This document shows positions 48,818 to 58,748 of a DNA stretch of 64,000 bases, one piece after another. A model generated the notes under the pieces. That model did no database searches and was not told where the DNA came from. It worked only from the letters and a program-made list of their open reading frames with translations. The position numbers were made by a program, and so were the translations under genes. Source of the DNA: a virus; IMG/VR virus record IMGVR_UViG_3300031951_000022, positions 64,001-128,000 of that record. One strand, written 5' to 3'. Numbering within the stretch: the first letter of the stretch is position 1; each line of letters starts with the position of its first letter.

Positions 48818-49241
48818 TTTTAATAGCTTTCTTAACCAAAATCCTTCCGGCCATATCAATAAACGGTAAGCCTCTTTTGGTCGCTTCTTCTTTTAACCAT
48901 CCCACGATAGTATCAATATTATTTTCACACCATTCTATTCCATTAGTATCCATTAGTAATGCTTTTTTATTACATGAGCAATTAGGAGTTGCTTTGATTC
49001 CAATTTTACCTAAAAGTTTTTTTAATTCTGTGCCGACGCCAGAGATAGGGGTTTGTGGATTTGGTGAAATCTTTGTTTCAGAGGATAGTCCTGGCTTCGG
49101 CACACTTGGGTAAGCCGGATGCGTCTCGTCCACCGTGATCTTGTTGCCTTCTGCGCTGACGATGCAGGGCTGGACTTGTTCAAGCGTGTAGCCGCGCTGT
49201 CGGCAGATCGCCGCTAGCTGATTCTTGCTCGTGTGGATCAT
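48801..49241 (-). CDS. Hypothetical protein (VDETHPAYP domain + CSC/WC domain)
   Basis: ATGA overlap at 49238-49241; C-domain paralogous to 6128..6712. Confidence 0.7.
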   Translation of the reverse strand: MIHTSKNQLAAICRQRGYTLEQVQPCIVSAEGNKITVDETHPAYPSVPKPGLSSETKISPNPQTPISGVGTELKKLLGKIGIKATPNCSCNKKALLMDTNGIEWCENNIDTIVGWLKEEATKRGLPFIDMAGRILVKKAIKNAKKT

Positions 49242-50584
49242 GGCGGCAGGAATGAAATAACAGGGTCTAGTTGTCCATCGCACCCGCTAGAGCAGGCGCA
49301 GCCATCGCCGGGCAAGTCGCCGCACGCTTCAGGGCGAGGACCGTCAACGTTGATATCAAAGCCCCCGCCCGGCTCGACAGGGAAATACGGCGAAAACCCA
49401 GACCACTGCACGACTTGAGCATCTCCTACGGGGCAGCCGTCCTCGTCATTTTCCCACCGGAGGCAGACAGTCCGCGTGCGTCCGAAAAGCGCTCTTGAGC
49501 TTACAAACTCACTACCTGGAGGCTTTCGGCAAACGAAGCAAAAGTATCGAATCGTTGCCGTTACATAAGCCACGCCATCGCACCAGACAACTGGCCCAAC
49601 GTTAGCAATCGAAACAGAGCTTTCTGTACCTTCTGGCGCATCGTCGCCGGGATCGAAAGGATTTTGGCCTGAACAAAACAAATCACCTTGCGCGCACACG
49701 GTTCCGAAAAAATCACCAAATGCCCCTTGGTTTCTAGTCGGTATTGCTATAGGCCCGCTTTCGAGATTGTTAATGCCCCAATCGACATACATAAACTCTG
49801 GAATTTCGCATGGCGGTCCACCTGACTCGCACGGGCCGTAGCATGCTTCCACGCACTGCCCATCTACGCATGGTCCTTTAATACATTCTTCTGGTAGTGA
49901 AGAGATAATGTTTGGATCGAATTCACACACGCTTCTAGTAATTGTATTTCCACTACAAGCAAACACAATACCATTAATAGGCCCCCAAGGGGCTATATTA
50001 ATCGCTCCAGGTTTTAATTGACATAATGGAAACTGATTAGGATTTGAAAAGGGGGAACATAAAACTGGAGCATTCTGCTCTCCATAAGGAGTAGCACACT
50101 CGCTAGTCACTACATAAGCACCATCTGCTGGGCCATTATAACTATCATTGCAACAACGAGCAGTGATATGCGGAGGAACGACATCCCAGTATCCATCAGG
50201 CTCTTCTTCTGACGGAGGTCTTAACTGTACCACCTCTCCTGAATACGGAATAACATCACAAAATCCAGCGGCTTGCAGAGCAGTTACGGCACCATTTAGA
50301 CTTACACCATCTTCATAGTTATAAACAAACCCACCAAAGGGTCCAGGCTGCCATCCAGTACATATTGCGTTAGTTGCCGATCTTAGTTGCTCTAAGCACG
50401 CCTGTGCGCATGCTTCACTAAAATTAAAATCGCAATTAATAGTAAAATAATCGCAACTTTGATTTGTTGGAAGGTATATTATATCACACACACACACGGC
50501 GTCTTTACAACAACAGCTGTTAGTGGTTGCTAGTTTATTATCGACCAATAATAAACCACCATTATATAGTATAAGCGGAGACAT
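49238..50584 (-). CDS. Cys-rich protein, probably virion-associated
   Basis: N-terminus LILYNGGLLL..NKLA...SCCC, many Cys residues; AAGGA RBS. Confidence 0.7.
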   Translation of the reverse strand: MSPLILYNGGLLLVDNKLATTNSCCCKDAVCVCDIIYLPTNQSCDYFTINCDFNFSEACAQACLEQLRSATNAICTGWQPGPFGGFVYNYEDGVSLNGAVTALQAAGFCDVIPYSGEVVQLRPPSEEEPDGYWDVVPPHITARCCNDSYNGPADGAYVVTSECATPYGEQNAPVLCSPFSNPNQFPLCQLKPGAINIAPWGPINGIVFACSGNTITRSVCEFDPNIISSLPEECIKGPCVDGQCVEACYGPCESGGPPCEIPEFMYVDWGINNLESGPIAIPTRNQGAFGDFFGTVCAQGDLFCSGQNPFDPGDDAPEGTESSVSIANVGPVVWCDGVAYVTATIRYFCFVCRKPPGSEFVSSRALFGRTRTVCLRWENDEDGCPVGDAQVVQWSGFSPYFPVEPGGGFDINVDGPRPEACGDLPGDGCACSSGCDGQLDPVISFLPP

Positions 50585-50593
50585 TATTATCCT

Positions 50594-50914
50594 TTATTTA
50601 TCTTTAGTCCACTTATGCCAGCCTTTGTTGGGTAAATAGTTACCATCATCATCTTTACGCTTAGGAAATAGAGTGCCACCCTTTTTGTGTTGGCCAAAAG
50701 CTAAAATAGCACCACAATCCGCACAGCGTAGTTCGTAATAGTCATTGCCTTCTACACTTCGCACAACAAAGCGCAAATTAGTGCTACTGCATAGACCACA
50801 CTTTTCTTCAGCAAAAATTTCTTGTATTAGAGCCAATTCCTTAAAAATTTCTTTTTGACCAGAACCCTCTAATTCAAATTCAAGCTTGTCTCCAACCTTA
50901 TATTTAACTTTCAT
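50594..50914 (-). CDS. Zn-ribbon protein
   Basis: CGLC...CADCGA; GAGGAG RBS. Confidence 0.7.
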   Translation of the reverse strand: MKVKYKVGDKLEFELEGSGQKEIFKELALIQEIFAEEKCGLCSSTNLRFVVRSVEGNDYYELRCADCGAILAFGQHKKGGTLFPKRKDDDGNYLPNKGWHKWTKDK

Positions 50915-50927
50915 CTTTTAGACTCCT

Positions 50928-51617
50928 CTATTTCCAGCCAGGATCATACCCAATAACATCTTGAGGTATATCGTTGCTTTGTTGATATGATGATAGTGTG
51001 GTAATAGTTTTTACAGCATCATCGTATGATATATTATAGATATTCTTGGAGTCTATAGCAAGTTTATCTAATAGTTTGATAATATTAATATTTAGTCTTT
51101 TACCAAATACATCAAAGAAATTTATTTGTGTACTATTAATTTTACCAATATTATTTTCCTCTAAATGATGGGTATCAATATCTTTTGCTAATTCTTCTGC
51201 TGCTACTACCTTGCGTAGTTTAAGCGCTCTTCTTAATGCTCTTCCTTCGGCTCGTGTTTCTGCTACTGCCACTGGATGATTACGATAAATTTTATCACAA
51301 TTTCCCCAATAAACATCAGCAGCACCACTTACGGTTTTGACCACATTATTATTTAAAACATACTTAATGGAGTGTACAACTGTTGCTCTGCGTTCGTTTT
51401 CCATACTAGGAGATTGAACAACAGAAGAAGTAGCCTCAATTACTGTGCAATCTAGGGCTATTTCCAAAATTCTTCTCAAGCCATCTGTAGTAGGATTGCC
51501 AGCAATTTTTTCGTCATCACTCAATAAACCCAATACATAGTCGGTCCATTCTAGATCATTAATATTTGGGATAGTGATATTATCATCAGCTTCAACGTTC
51601 TTCTTGGGTCTGCCCAT
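50928..51617 (-). CDS. Putative Rad52/Sak-like single-strand annealing protein
   Basis: PT.DGLRR...VSGAAD...VAVAETRAEGRALRRAL motif; replication context. Confidence 0.55.
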   Translation of the reverse strand: MGRPKKNVEADDNITIPNINDLEWTDYVLGLLSDDEKIAGNPTTDGLRRILEIALDCTVIEATSSVVQSPSMENERRATVVHSIKYVLNNNVVKTVSGAADVYWGNCDKIYRNHPVAVAETRAEGRALRRALKLRKVVAAEELAKDIDTHHLEENNIGKINSTQINFFDVFGKRLNINIIKLLDKLAIDSKNIYNISYDDAVKTITTLSSYQQSNDIPQDVIGYDPGWK

Positions 51618-51618
51618 C

Positions 51619-52410
51619 TTAATCTCCTAATTCTATATATCTATGATCAATGTCGGGAAATTTGTTTTTAACGGCCTCAATAGCTTTGTGCAGGGTGTTG
51701 TATAATACTCTGGCTCTAGCTTTAGAAAAGTCCTTCTTTTGCTTAACTCTTATCAACACTAGGCCCTTACCTAATATTAATCCTGTCTTTTTATTATCAT
51801 ATCCTTTGTTTCTTTTTAAAGCTTCGTCTCCCCATACTGGTTCAAAGTGGGAGGGTCCATCAACTTCGATAGCTATGTTTAATGTAGGCAGAAATAGGTC
51901 TATTTGCAACTTTGTATTTAGTAAGCTTTGCTCTTTATGAAAATCAACCTTATACCCATCACCCAATAGCTGTTTTAACAGAAAATCTTCTAGCTTAGAT
52001 CCGTGCTTACTAGCATGTCTAACAGCAGAATTAGCCTGTTGTAGTATTTCTTTTTTAACATCTTCTGGCAAATTTTCCCAATTTTGTCTAGCTTTTTCTT
52101 GTCTCTTTTTCTTTGTTTTAGAGTCTAAGGTTTCCCATGCCTCCATAACGCCGTCTCCAATTTTGTCTTTAACGTCTTGTGGGCGTGGTTTTCCTTTGGT
52201 TGGATGCGTTGTTTTACCAGAGGATAAAGCATTTTTTTGAGCTTCGCTCTTATCTCTGATGCTAATTTTAAATTTTATAGCATCCCGTCTAATTTTATTA
52301 GCATATGTATCATACTTATCTGCTATGTCTCTAAAACTGTTTTGATTATTTTGATATTCTTGATATAGCAGATCTTTTTTTTGCTTTTCTGACAAATCAT
52401 TATACTTCAT
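51619..52410 (-). CDS. HTH/NUMOD-type DNA-binding + Vsr/DUF559-like endonuclease
   Basis: S..DIA....Y HTH, HPTKGKPR, SKLE...IDLFLP.LNIAIEVDG.SH...DNKK..L...G..LIRV. Confidence 0.75.
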   Translation of the reverse strand: MKYNDLSEKQKKDLLYQEYQNNQNSFRDIADKYDTYANKIRRDAIKFKISIRDKSEAQKNALSSGKTTHPTKGKPRPQDVKDKIGDGVMEAWETLDSKTKKKRQEKARQNWENLPEDVKKEILQQANSAVRHASKHGSKLEDFLLKQLLGDGYKVDFHKEQSLLNTKLQIDLFLPTLNIAIEVDGPSHFEPVWGDEALKRNKGYDNKKTGLILGKGLVLIRVKQKKDFSKARARVLYNTLHKAIEAVKNKFPDIDHRYIELGD

Positions 52411-52774
52411 ATTTTTGCATTAGCTCCATTTTATCATTATCGTATTTCAAAATTTGTGTGTTTTTTAATAACGAGATATCTAGCTTATGTTCTAGTGCGT
52501 CCTTAAAGTCTAGCAACAAGACATAGTCATTTGTTAATAAATTATTTTTATTCGCTAAATAATCTTCTACGTTCAGGAAAATTATTTGGCCTGGATAAAA
52601 TGTCATATAGAAAGTAGAAAGTATCGCGGTATCTACTAATAGGCCCGACGCTATATCGTCACTAAATATTAAAAAGTCCACAAGCTCATCCGAAGATTTA
52701 AAAAAAGCCTTCACACGACGAATAATATCAATTTGAACGTTCAGAGCCGACGAGTACACTGCAATAGAAGACAT
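52400..52774 (-). CDS. Hypothetical protein
   Basis: In-operon ORF with an AAGGT RBS. Confidence 0.6.
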   Translation of the reverse strand: MSSIAVYSSALNVQIDIIRRVKAFFKSSDELVDFLIFSDDIASGLLVDTAILSTFYMTFYPGQIIFLNVEDYLANKNNLLTNDYVLLLDFKDALEHKLDISLLKNTQILKYDNDKMELMQKYEV

Positions 52775-52778
52775 CGTT

Positions 52779-53417
52779 TTATACCTTATTTAGTGTTGGT
52801 GTTTTATAGTCTGCAAAAAATGGTCTAATTGTTTGTTTCATGTCTATTATTTTGTTGATGAGTTCAAATATGAAGTTGTTGTGGTTTTGAGTATTTATTA
52901 TTAATTCTTTTAGCGCTCTGGTTGTTTCTTTGTTGAAAAAATAAATTTCTGGTAAATAATTGTCCAGATCATATGCTATATTTTCTATCTTATTGTTCAT
53001 TATCACACAACCAAGCTTGCTTTTTTGTTTATTGTTTATAAATATTTGTGATCCACTTTTGTCAGAAAAATTTTGAAAACTTTTTTGATGTAAATAATTA
53101 TCTCCAAACATAATAATAGTATCGCCAGTTAAATACTGATTGGCTAAATACAGACTATATGCATTATTATACTTCTCATAATTATGGTTGGCTATCATGT
53201 TTAGGTCTTGATATGCTCCATGATTTTTGTTTAGAAAAGAGCACAGCTTTCTACCATCAAAACCATAAACATAATGAATCCTACACTTAGGAAACGAATG
53301 TTTGATAATCTTATATTGCTGCTGAATGATTGTTTTGTTATTAACTTTAATTAATCCAACACACCCCTTGGATTTCATTCGTTTTTGAAATTTATCACCT
53401 ATAATAATAACATTCAT
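52779..53417 (-). CDS. Nucleotidyltransferase-fold (LicC/NTP_transferase-like) protein with a degenerate signature
   Basis: RMKSKG...LIKV.NKTII..Q...VYGF...N.NY.K.NNAYSL.LA...IIMFGD. The canonical LAAGxG motif is replaced by IIGDKF. Confidence 0.65.
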   Translation of the reverse strand: MNVIIIGDKFQKRMKSKGCVGLIKVNNKTIIQQQYKIIKHSFPKCRIHYVYGFDGRKLCSFLNKNHGAYQDLNMIANHNYEKYNNAYSLYLANQYLTGDTIIMFGDNYLHQKSFQNFSDKSGSQIFINNKQKSKLGCVIMNNKIENIAYDLDNYLPEIYFFNKETTRALKELIINTQNHNNFIFELINKIIDMKQTIRPFFADYKTPTLNKV

Positions 53418-54166
53418 ATTATTTGATATGCGGACTTATTCGCTAGGATATTTTCTTTACCAGCAACCCCAAATCTATATACTCCTCCACCAAATACTAC
53501 ACAACTATAGTTCTGATTAGAGGCAACAATAAAAGACTCTAATTTATGATGTACAATATTATTGGCGCCATTAATAGTCTCTTTAATATTTGTGTCATAA
53601 TTATCTATAGATACTATAAACCTATACTTTGGATTAATAACAACAATATTGTGTAGAATTTCCATGTCTGATAGTTCTTTATCTAACATGCTTTGAATTC
53701 TCCAGGCATATTTAATGTTGTATTTGTTAATAATATTTTCAATATTAGCATATGTGAAGTGGTCGCTGTTGCTTTGATGACGAATAAAGATAATTTTTTG
53801 TGGCAAAGTGTCGCAGTTGGAGATTTGCTCACATATATTGTCTAGGTTCTCTAAGCTCATATTTCTTAGGCTAATCACGGCTAGATAGTGTAGCTTATTG
53901 GTGGCATGGAACTTATTAACCTTTTCTTCCATAGAAGCATCTTCCATATCAAATTGCTTAAACCATTTAGGTTCTCTATATCCTAGGCACTTTTTATCGT
54001 TGATAATATAAAACTCTTTATCATCATCGTATGCTTCTATTACCAAGTTTTCCTGTTGGTATTGGTCTAAATATTGTAAAGCGCAGTTTGTTTGAGTAAT
54101 ATTATCATATAGTGCATATGTGCAATTTTTACAAGAAGTATGAATTGTATTTATAGATGGAATCAT
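53414..54166 (-). CDS. Hypothetical protein (N-terminal Cys cluster)
   Basis: HTSCKNC..A...QT.C; ATGA overlaps. Confidence 0.65.
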   Translation of the reverse strand: MIPSINTIHTSCKNCTYALYDNITQTNCALQYLDQYQQENLVIEAYDDDKEFYIINDKKCLGYREPKWFKQFDMEDASMEEKVNKFHATNKLHYLAVISLRNMSLENLDNICEQISNCDTLPQKIIFIRHQSNSDHFTYANIENIINKYNIKYAWRIQSMLDKELSDMEILHNIVVINPKYRFIVSIDNYDTNIKETINGANNIVHHKLESFIVASNQNYSCVVFGGGVYRFGVAGKENILANKSAYQII

Positions 54167-55815
54167 AGAAAATCTTCTTTCTTTATACTATCAGGATGTG
54201 TTCTCATTGTTTCGTACACAATTTTATTATTAAGATGACCCTCTAGTGCTTCTACAATATTCTGTTTAGTAAGGCTCATAATTGATCCATTTCTAGCTAC
54301 TAGTCCAGAAACAGCGTCTCTTATCAATACTTGAATATGGGCAGTGTTTATTAGGGATGGCTCGTTAATGACATTATGACAAATATATTCAATAAACTCT
54401 TTACTATTTAAGCCAGAAGGCACCTTCATTGATGAGTGTTGCGCCTGTTTAACATTAGGACTATCCCAGGCCACTTTGGACTTAATGTCTATACTGTCAA
54501 AACAAGCATCCCATACCGCATATACATGATCCCAGGTATATTTGCTAATACATGCTTGTCTAATTTTTGTGCTATTATCTAAACGTATTGTTTGATCAGT
54601 ATTAACAAAGAAATTGTACATAATGTTGGTAGTAGCATCAATATCAGGATAAGCTCTATCTGCATTAGTCTCCATTTCTCTGAACATTCTAATGACCGGA
54701 ATTTTAATGCCTTTTAATGATTCGCACACCTCAGACATGGCACTATAATCAACAGAAGCTATTTGTACTCCGCAAGCCGCAGCCTCAACCTGTGGCATAC
54801 CAAAGCCTTCGCAAATAGCATATTGAATATACAAATCAAATAAGTTGTATATATCATTTAGGTCTCTTGTGGATATGCCGTGTACAGGACTAGAAACTGT
54901 GGCCGTATGATTTCCACAGCTTTTACACATAGCTAATCCATTGTGAAACTTAGACGGAAAAAATTTCTTACAATGACGACAGTGATATGTGAATAGTGCT
55001 TTATCTAGTACTCCGTATTCAAGAAGTATAGATGGAATATCCCAACCATTATCTTCTGGATAGGACGTGTGTAAATAAAGATATGTTTTGTTACATAGTT
55101 CTATTTGATTATTAGCTTTGAGTGCTTCTAAATATTTCTTAAAAGCTAACACTAGATCAGGAATAAGTTTCCGCTTTTGGTTTCTCATTACTGTGCCAAT
55201 TATATTATAATCATCACCCAAATGCTTAATTTTGTGAGCTTTTTTATCTACTATAGGATAAAATTCTTCTGGATTAATACCAGCATTAGCTATTTGCGGA
55301 AATAGATTAATTTTATTACCACAAGACTTAAGCAGGGTTTGTTTGGCCCACTCTGTATATGGTATTACTACATCAGCATTAGAAAATGTAAATAGCCAAT
55401 CATTTTTCGGAGGAGCTGAATCTGTGGCAGGCATAATCACCCAATTAAAGTGCTTTTTATATGGGCTTGCTTCTTGATATGCGAACATCCAGTAATCACG
55501 AATGTCAAAGACTATATGCGGCTTAAAGTCTGCCAAACAGCGATTAAACCTCCATAAACCAAATTGGTTAATATTATTAGACTTATACTGTTCTTGTCTA
55601 GGGTCATTAGCCTGAACAGCATTTGGATAAACTTTCCAAGGAATATCTTTAATGGCAGGATTAGCAGTATCACAATAACAAGCCATTTCAGCGACTTCAT
55701 ATTTGCCGCTATTATGAAGACGAGTTAAAAGTTCTTTACCATAAATAGAGTAGCCGGTATTTAAACCGCTAAAGTCATTGACTGTGAGAATTCTTTTTTT
55801 TGTTAGTTTACCCAT
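54163..55815 (-). CDS. GT4-family (GT-B) glycosyltransferase with a Zn-finger insert
   Basis: NTGYS, RNQKRK and EGFGMPQVEAAACG (EX7E) motifs; CRHC...CKSC insert. Confidence 0.87.
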   Translation of the reverse strand: MGKLTKKRILTVNDFSGLNTGYSIYGKELLTRLHNSGKYEVAEMACYCDTANPAIKDIPWKVYPNAVQANDPRQEQYKSNNINQFGLWRFNRCLADFKPHIVFDIRDYWMFAYQEASPYKKHFNWVIMPATDSAPPKNDWLFTFSNADVVIPYTEWAKQTLLKSCGNKINLFPQIANAGINPEEFYPIVDKKAHKIKHLGDDYNIIGTVMRNQKRKLIPDLVLAFKKYLEALKANNQIELCNKTYLYLHTSYPEDNGWDIPSILLEYGVLDKALFTYHCRHCKKFFPSKFHNGLAMCKSCGNHTATVSSPVHGISTRDLNDIYNLFDLYIQYAICEGFGMPQVEAAACGVQIASVDYSAMSEVCESLKGIKIPVIRMFREMETNADRAYPDIDATTNIMYNFFVNTDQTIRLDNSTKIRQACISKYTWDHVYAVWDACFDSIDIKSKVAWDSPNVKQAQHSSMKVPSGLNSKEFIEYICHNVINEPSLINTAHIQVLIRDAVSGLVARNGSIMSLTKQNIVEALEGHLNNKIVYETMRTHPDSIKKEDFL

Positions 55816-55825
55816 AATTGTTCTA

Positions 55826-55867
55826 AATAGAAGTCTCTAGCACCATTAAGATACTAGAGACCCTATT
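55826..55867 (-). terminator. Hairpin downstream of ssb
   Basis: AATAG..GTCTCTAG-N13-CTAGAGAC.CTATT; weak U-tract. Confidence 0.45.
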
Positions 55868-55894
55868 CAGATTCCTTCTTTTTTTAGTGTTAGA

Positions 55895-56275
55895 TCAGAA
55901 AGCAACTGTTTCTGTTTCATTCTCAGTTGCCGAGCTATTAGCTCTTTGCGTCTTTACAATATGACCAAAATTATTCACTCTGATCTTTATCGTACTATGC
56001 TTAACTCCGTCTTTTTCCCAGCTATCATTCCTTAATGAGCCTTCGACCATAATTAGATCGCCCTTCTTAAAAGATGCGGCTACGGTCTCGGCGGCACTAT
56101 CCCATGCTTCACACTGAACAAAAGATGTAACCTTGTCCTGTGTGCCGTTAGCCTTCTTAAACTCTCTGGAAACAGCAACGGTAAAATTAACAACTGCTGT
56201 TTTCTTATCTCCAGATGTTACAAAGCGTAGTTCTGGATCACGAGCAAGATTACCACGAAGCATTACAATATTCAT
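55895..56275 (-). CDS. ssb: Single-stranded DNA-binding protein
   Basis: MN.V.L.GNLARDPELR...FTVAVSR...CEAW...KGD...VEGSL...W; acidic tail ending in F. Confidence 0.95.
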   Translation of the reverse strand: MNIVMLRGNLARDPELRFVTSGDKKTAVVNFTVAVSREFKKANGTQDKVTSFVQCEAWDSAAETVAASFKKGDLIMVEGSLRNDSWEKDGVKHSTIKIRVNNFGHIVKTQRANSSATENETETVAF

Positions 56276-56324
56276 ATCAATCGTCTCCTTTTAAAAGTAA
56301 ATTACCAAAGTACCAACGTATCTT

Positions 56325-56352
56325 ATTATAAAAAGTGGGGCGTAGGTGTCAA
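56325..56352 (-). promoter_or_regulatory. Consensus sigma70 promoter for ssb (TTGACA-16-TATAAT)
   Basis: Both hexamers match consensus; the -35 box contains the dnaE-C TGA stop. Confidence 0.75.
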
Positions 56353-58748
56353 GTTCTAGCTACGTAAGCCTTGTCTACAATAAGGCCATCTCCGCTCTTA
56401 GACTTTGACCCCTTAACAATAATAATATTTCCGACGAACAACAGGTTTTTGTATTCGCTATATTTTTCTGGAAAAAACACGATAGAGTCAATAGATCCCG
56501 TGGTGTCCGTCATTGTAACGAAAGCCATTTCTGCTCCAGGATTTTTACCGGTTTTGGTTTTCGTAACATTAATAAAGTCTATCTCTCCACCAAGTATAAG
56601 ATTGTCTTTTTGTGTTGTGGTTTTCAGTTCTTTGCAATTAATATTAGTCATACTAATATCATACATATCAATCTTAGAACAAGTAATAGAACAACCCAGC
56701 AACACATCCTCAGAATCTGCTAACCACTCAGGACTATCGTCTAGAGAATAAGGAGGATTATTTAATGACACTATCATATCTTGGATATTGCTTTTGCGGT
56801 TTTTATTAATTCTAGGCAGTCCTAGCAGAAACTCTAGACAGCCCTTTAAGTCTTTAAAAGAGACTAGATGCACACTGATATGCTCTATCTCTTTTTTGGT
56901 TAAGCTGCTAATTAAATTATATTCAAATAGCATCTTATTGCGAGTCATAGGCAAAAAGCTTAAAGCTCCACTTTGTATCAAAGCCTTTGCTGCTGTAGAA
57001 TTAATATTGTTTAATACCAAAAATAAAAACTCTAACCATGTTGTTTTGGTCAAGTCCATTTTAGATATTATAGATATTAGCTTATCATATACTGATTTGC
57101 CGACACCCTTAATGTCTGTTAATCCAAAATATATAGTATTATTTTTTAAGATAAATAGCTCATTTTTGTTTCTAATATCTGGAGTTTTAACCAATACGTC
57201 CATTTCATTGGCGTTTTGAATTAACTCCTTAATTTCTGCTTGAGGATCTATTTTATCCTTAGCAAATCTTAAATATGATGCAAAAAAGATTTTGGGGAAG
57301 TGTGCTTTAGTATAGGCGGATAGATATGCATTAATAGCATAGCTTACTGAGTGAGACTTATTGAACGAATATCTTTGACTCTTTTCGATCCAACTAAAAA
57401 TCTGTTCTGCCTCATCAACTGTTACAATGCCTAGCTTTTGAGACCCCTCCAAGAACTTACTTTTGACCTTTGCCATTTCTTCCGGTTTTTTCTTACCAAT
57501 AGCCTTTCTTAACATATCTGCTTCTTGCAGATTAAATCCAGCTATAGCCTTAGTTATTTCCATAGCCTGTTCTTGATATACCATTTCCCCATAGGTGTTT
57601 TGCAAAGAGTCTTTCAGAGCTTCGTGAAAATAGTCCACAGACTCTAATCCATTTTTTTTGTCTATATAATGATTAGATACTGTTTTACCATCTCTCACAG
57701 CCTCAAGACAATTATGAACTATTACATTACCAGCAATAAAATTGTGGTGGGGCGACTCCATAGATATATCATAAACCTTTTTATATCCAGTGCTAATTTT
57801 ATCTATATAAGTAGCCCATTTACAGTCATCGCTATAAGATAGTCTATATTTTTTTCTTGCTTCTATAATAGTATCTATATCAATATTACCTTCTGAATAT
57901 TCTCTATGATGGTTTGGACATAAATAACAAAGATTTTCAACATCATTATTGGTATGTCTATTTCCTTCAAGGTGATTAACATCTAAAGATCCTTTATCCC
58001 AATCACAAAAAACACATCTGTATTCATAGTTTTGATAACATCTTAATTTATATGATTTAATACCATCAATATTATCAATACTAATTTTTGAAGAATGTCT
58101 GGATTTAATCTTTTTCTTTAATTTTTTGGTTCCGTTTTTCTTTCTTATAACCAATATCCTCATTCCGGGCTTCATATCTTTAAGCTCTACCCATCCATTA
58201 GGAGTTAAAAGCTTATGGTCATCTGTACATTCTACTTTATACCAATTGTATGGTAATGTATTAGTTTTTCTTTCATTAGTCTTTATCTTGATCTTGAAAC
58301 ATTCTTTAATACCACTATCAATAATATCTAATATTTTGTTTGAAACTAATTTTTTAGACTTTTCATCATACGATATAATTCTGTCATATTGACGATCTTT
58401 AAATAGTTTTTCTATTGAAATAGTTTTATTTCTTAAACGACCATCGGTATGAGTATAATAGCCTACTAAGATCTTAGTATCTCCAGCAATACACCCAGGT
58501 CTCATAATACTAATCAGGGCAGAAAGCTGCTCTATGTTTTCTGGCTTTAGTTTTTTAGCCATAGACCTTCCCAGTCTAGACTCTAGCTGAAAACAACCCT
58601 TGGTATTACCGTCAGATATAAGATCCCACGTTCTTTGACATTCCAGATTAATATTTTCTATAGAAGAATCGAACTTTATACTCAGTCCATTATTCTGCTC
58701 TACTATATCAAAGGAACATCCACAAGGGTATTGGTATTTTTTAGACAT
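56349..58748 (-). CDS. dnaE: DNA polymerase III alpha, C-terminal half (fingers/HhH/OB), intein-containing
   Basis: GCFQLES, MRPG, TYG.MVYQEQ, AD.LRKAIGKK, YSFNKSH, FGL.DIKGVG and KTG..MAF OB motifs. Confidence 0.92.
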   Translation of the reverse strand: MSKKYQYPCGCSFDIVEQNNGLSIKFDSSIENINLECQRTWDLISDGNTKGCFQLESRLGRSMAKKLKPENIEQLSALISIMRPGCIAGDTKILVGYYTHTDGRLRNKTISIEKLFKDRQYDRIISYDEKSKKLVSNKILDIIDSGIKECFKIKIKTNERKTNTLPYNWYKVECTDDHKLLTPNGWVELKDMKPGMRILVIRKKNGTKKLKKKIKSRHSSKISIDNIDGIKSYKLRCYQNYEYRCVFCDWDKGSLDVNHLEGNRHTNNDVENLCYLCPNHHREYSEGNIDIDTIIEARKKYRLSYSDDCKWATYIDKISTGYKKVYDISMESPHHNFIAGNVIVHNCLEAVRDGKTVSNHYIDKKNGLESVDYFHEALKDSLQNTYGEMVYQEQAMEITKAIAGFNLQEADMLRKAIGKKKPEEMAKVKSKFLEGSQKLGIVTVDEAEQIFSWIEKSQRYSFNKSHSVSYAINAYLSAYTKAHFPKIFFASYLRFAKDKIDPQAEIKELIQNANEMDVLVKTPDIRNKNELFILKNNTIYFGLTDIKGVGKSVYDKLISIISKMDLTKTTWLEFLFLVLNNINSTAAKALIQSGALSFLPMTRNKMLFEYNLISSLTKKEIEHISVHLVSFKDLKGCLEFLLGLPRINKNRKSNIQDMIVSLNNPPYSLDDSPEWLADSEDVLLGCSITCSKIDMYDISMTNINCKELKTTTQKDNLILGGEIDFINVTKTKTGKNPGAEMAFVTMTDTTGSIDSIVFFPEKYSEYKNLLFVGNIIIVKGSKSKSGDGLIVDKAYVART
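57711..58493 (-). mobile_element. Cis intein (261 aa) with an HNH homing-endonuclease domain
   Basis: RPG|CIAGDT...CTDDHK...VYDISM...HNFIAGNVIVHN|C. Internal CVFC...VNHLEGN..NN..ENLCYLCPNHH. Confidence 0.92.
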
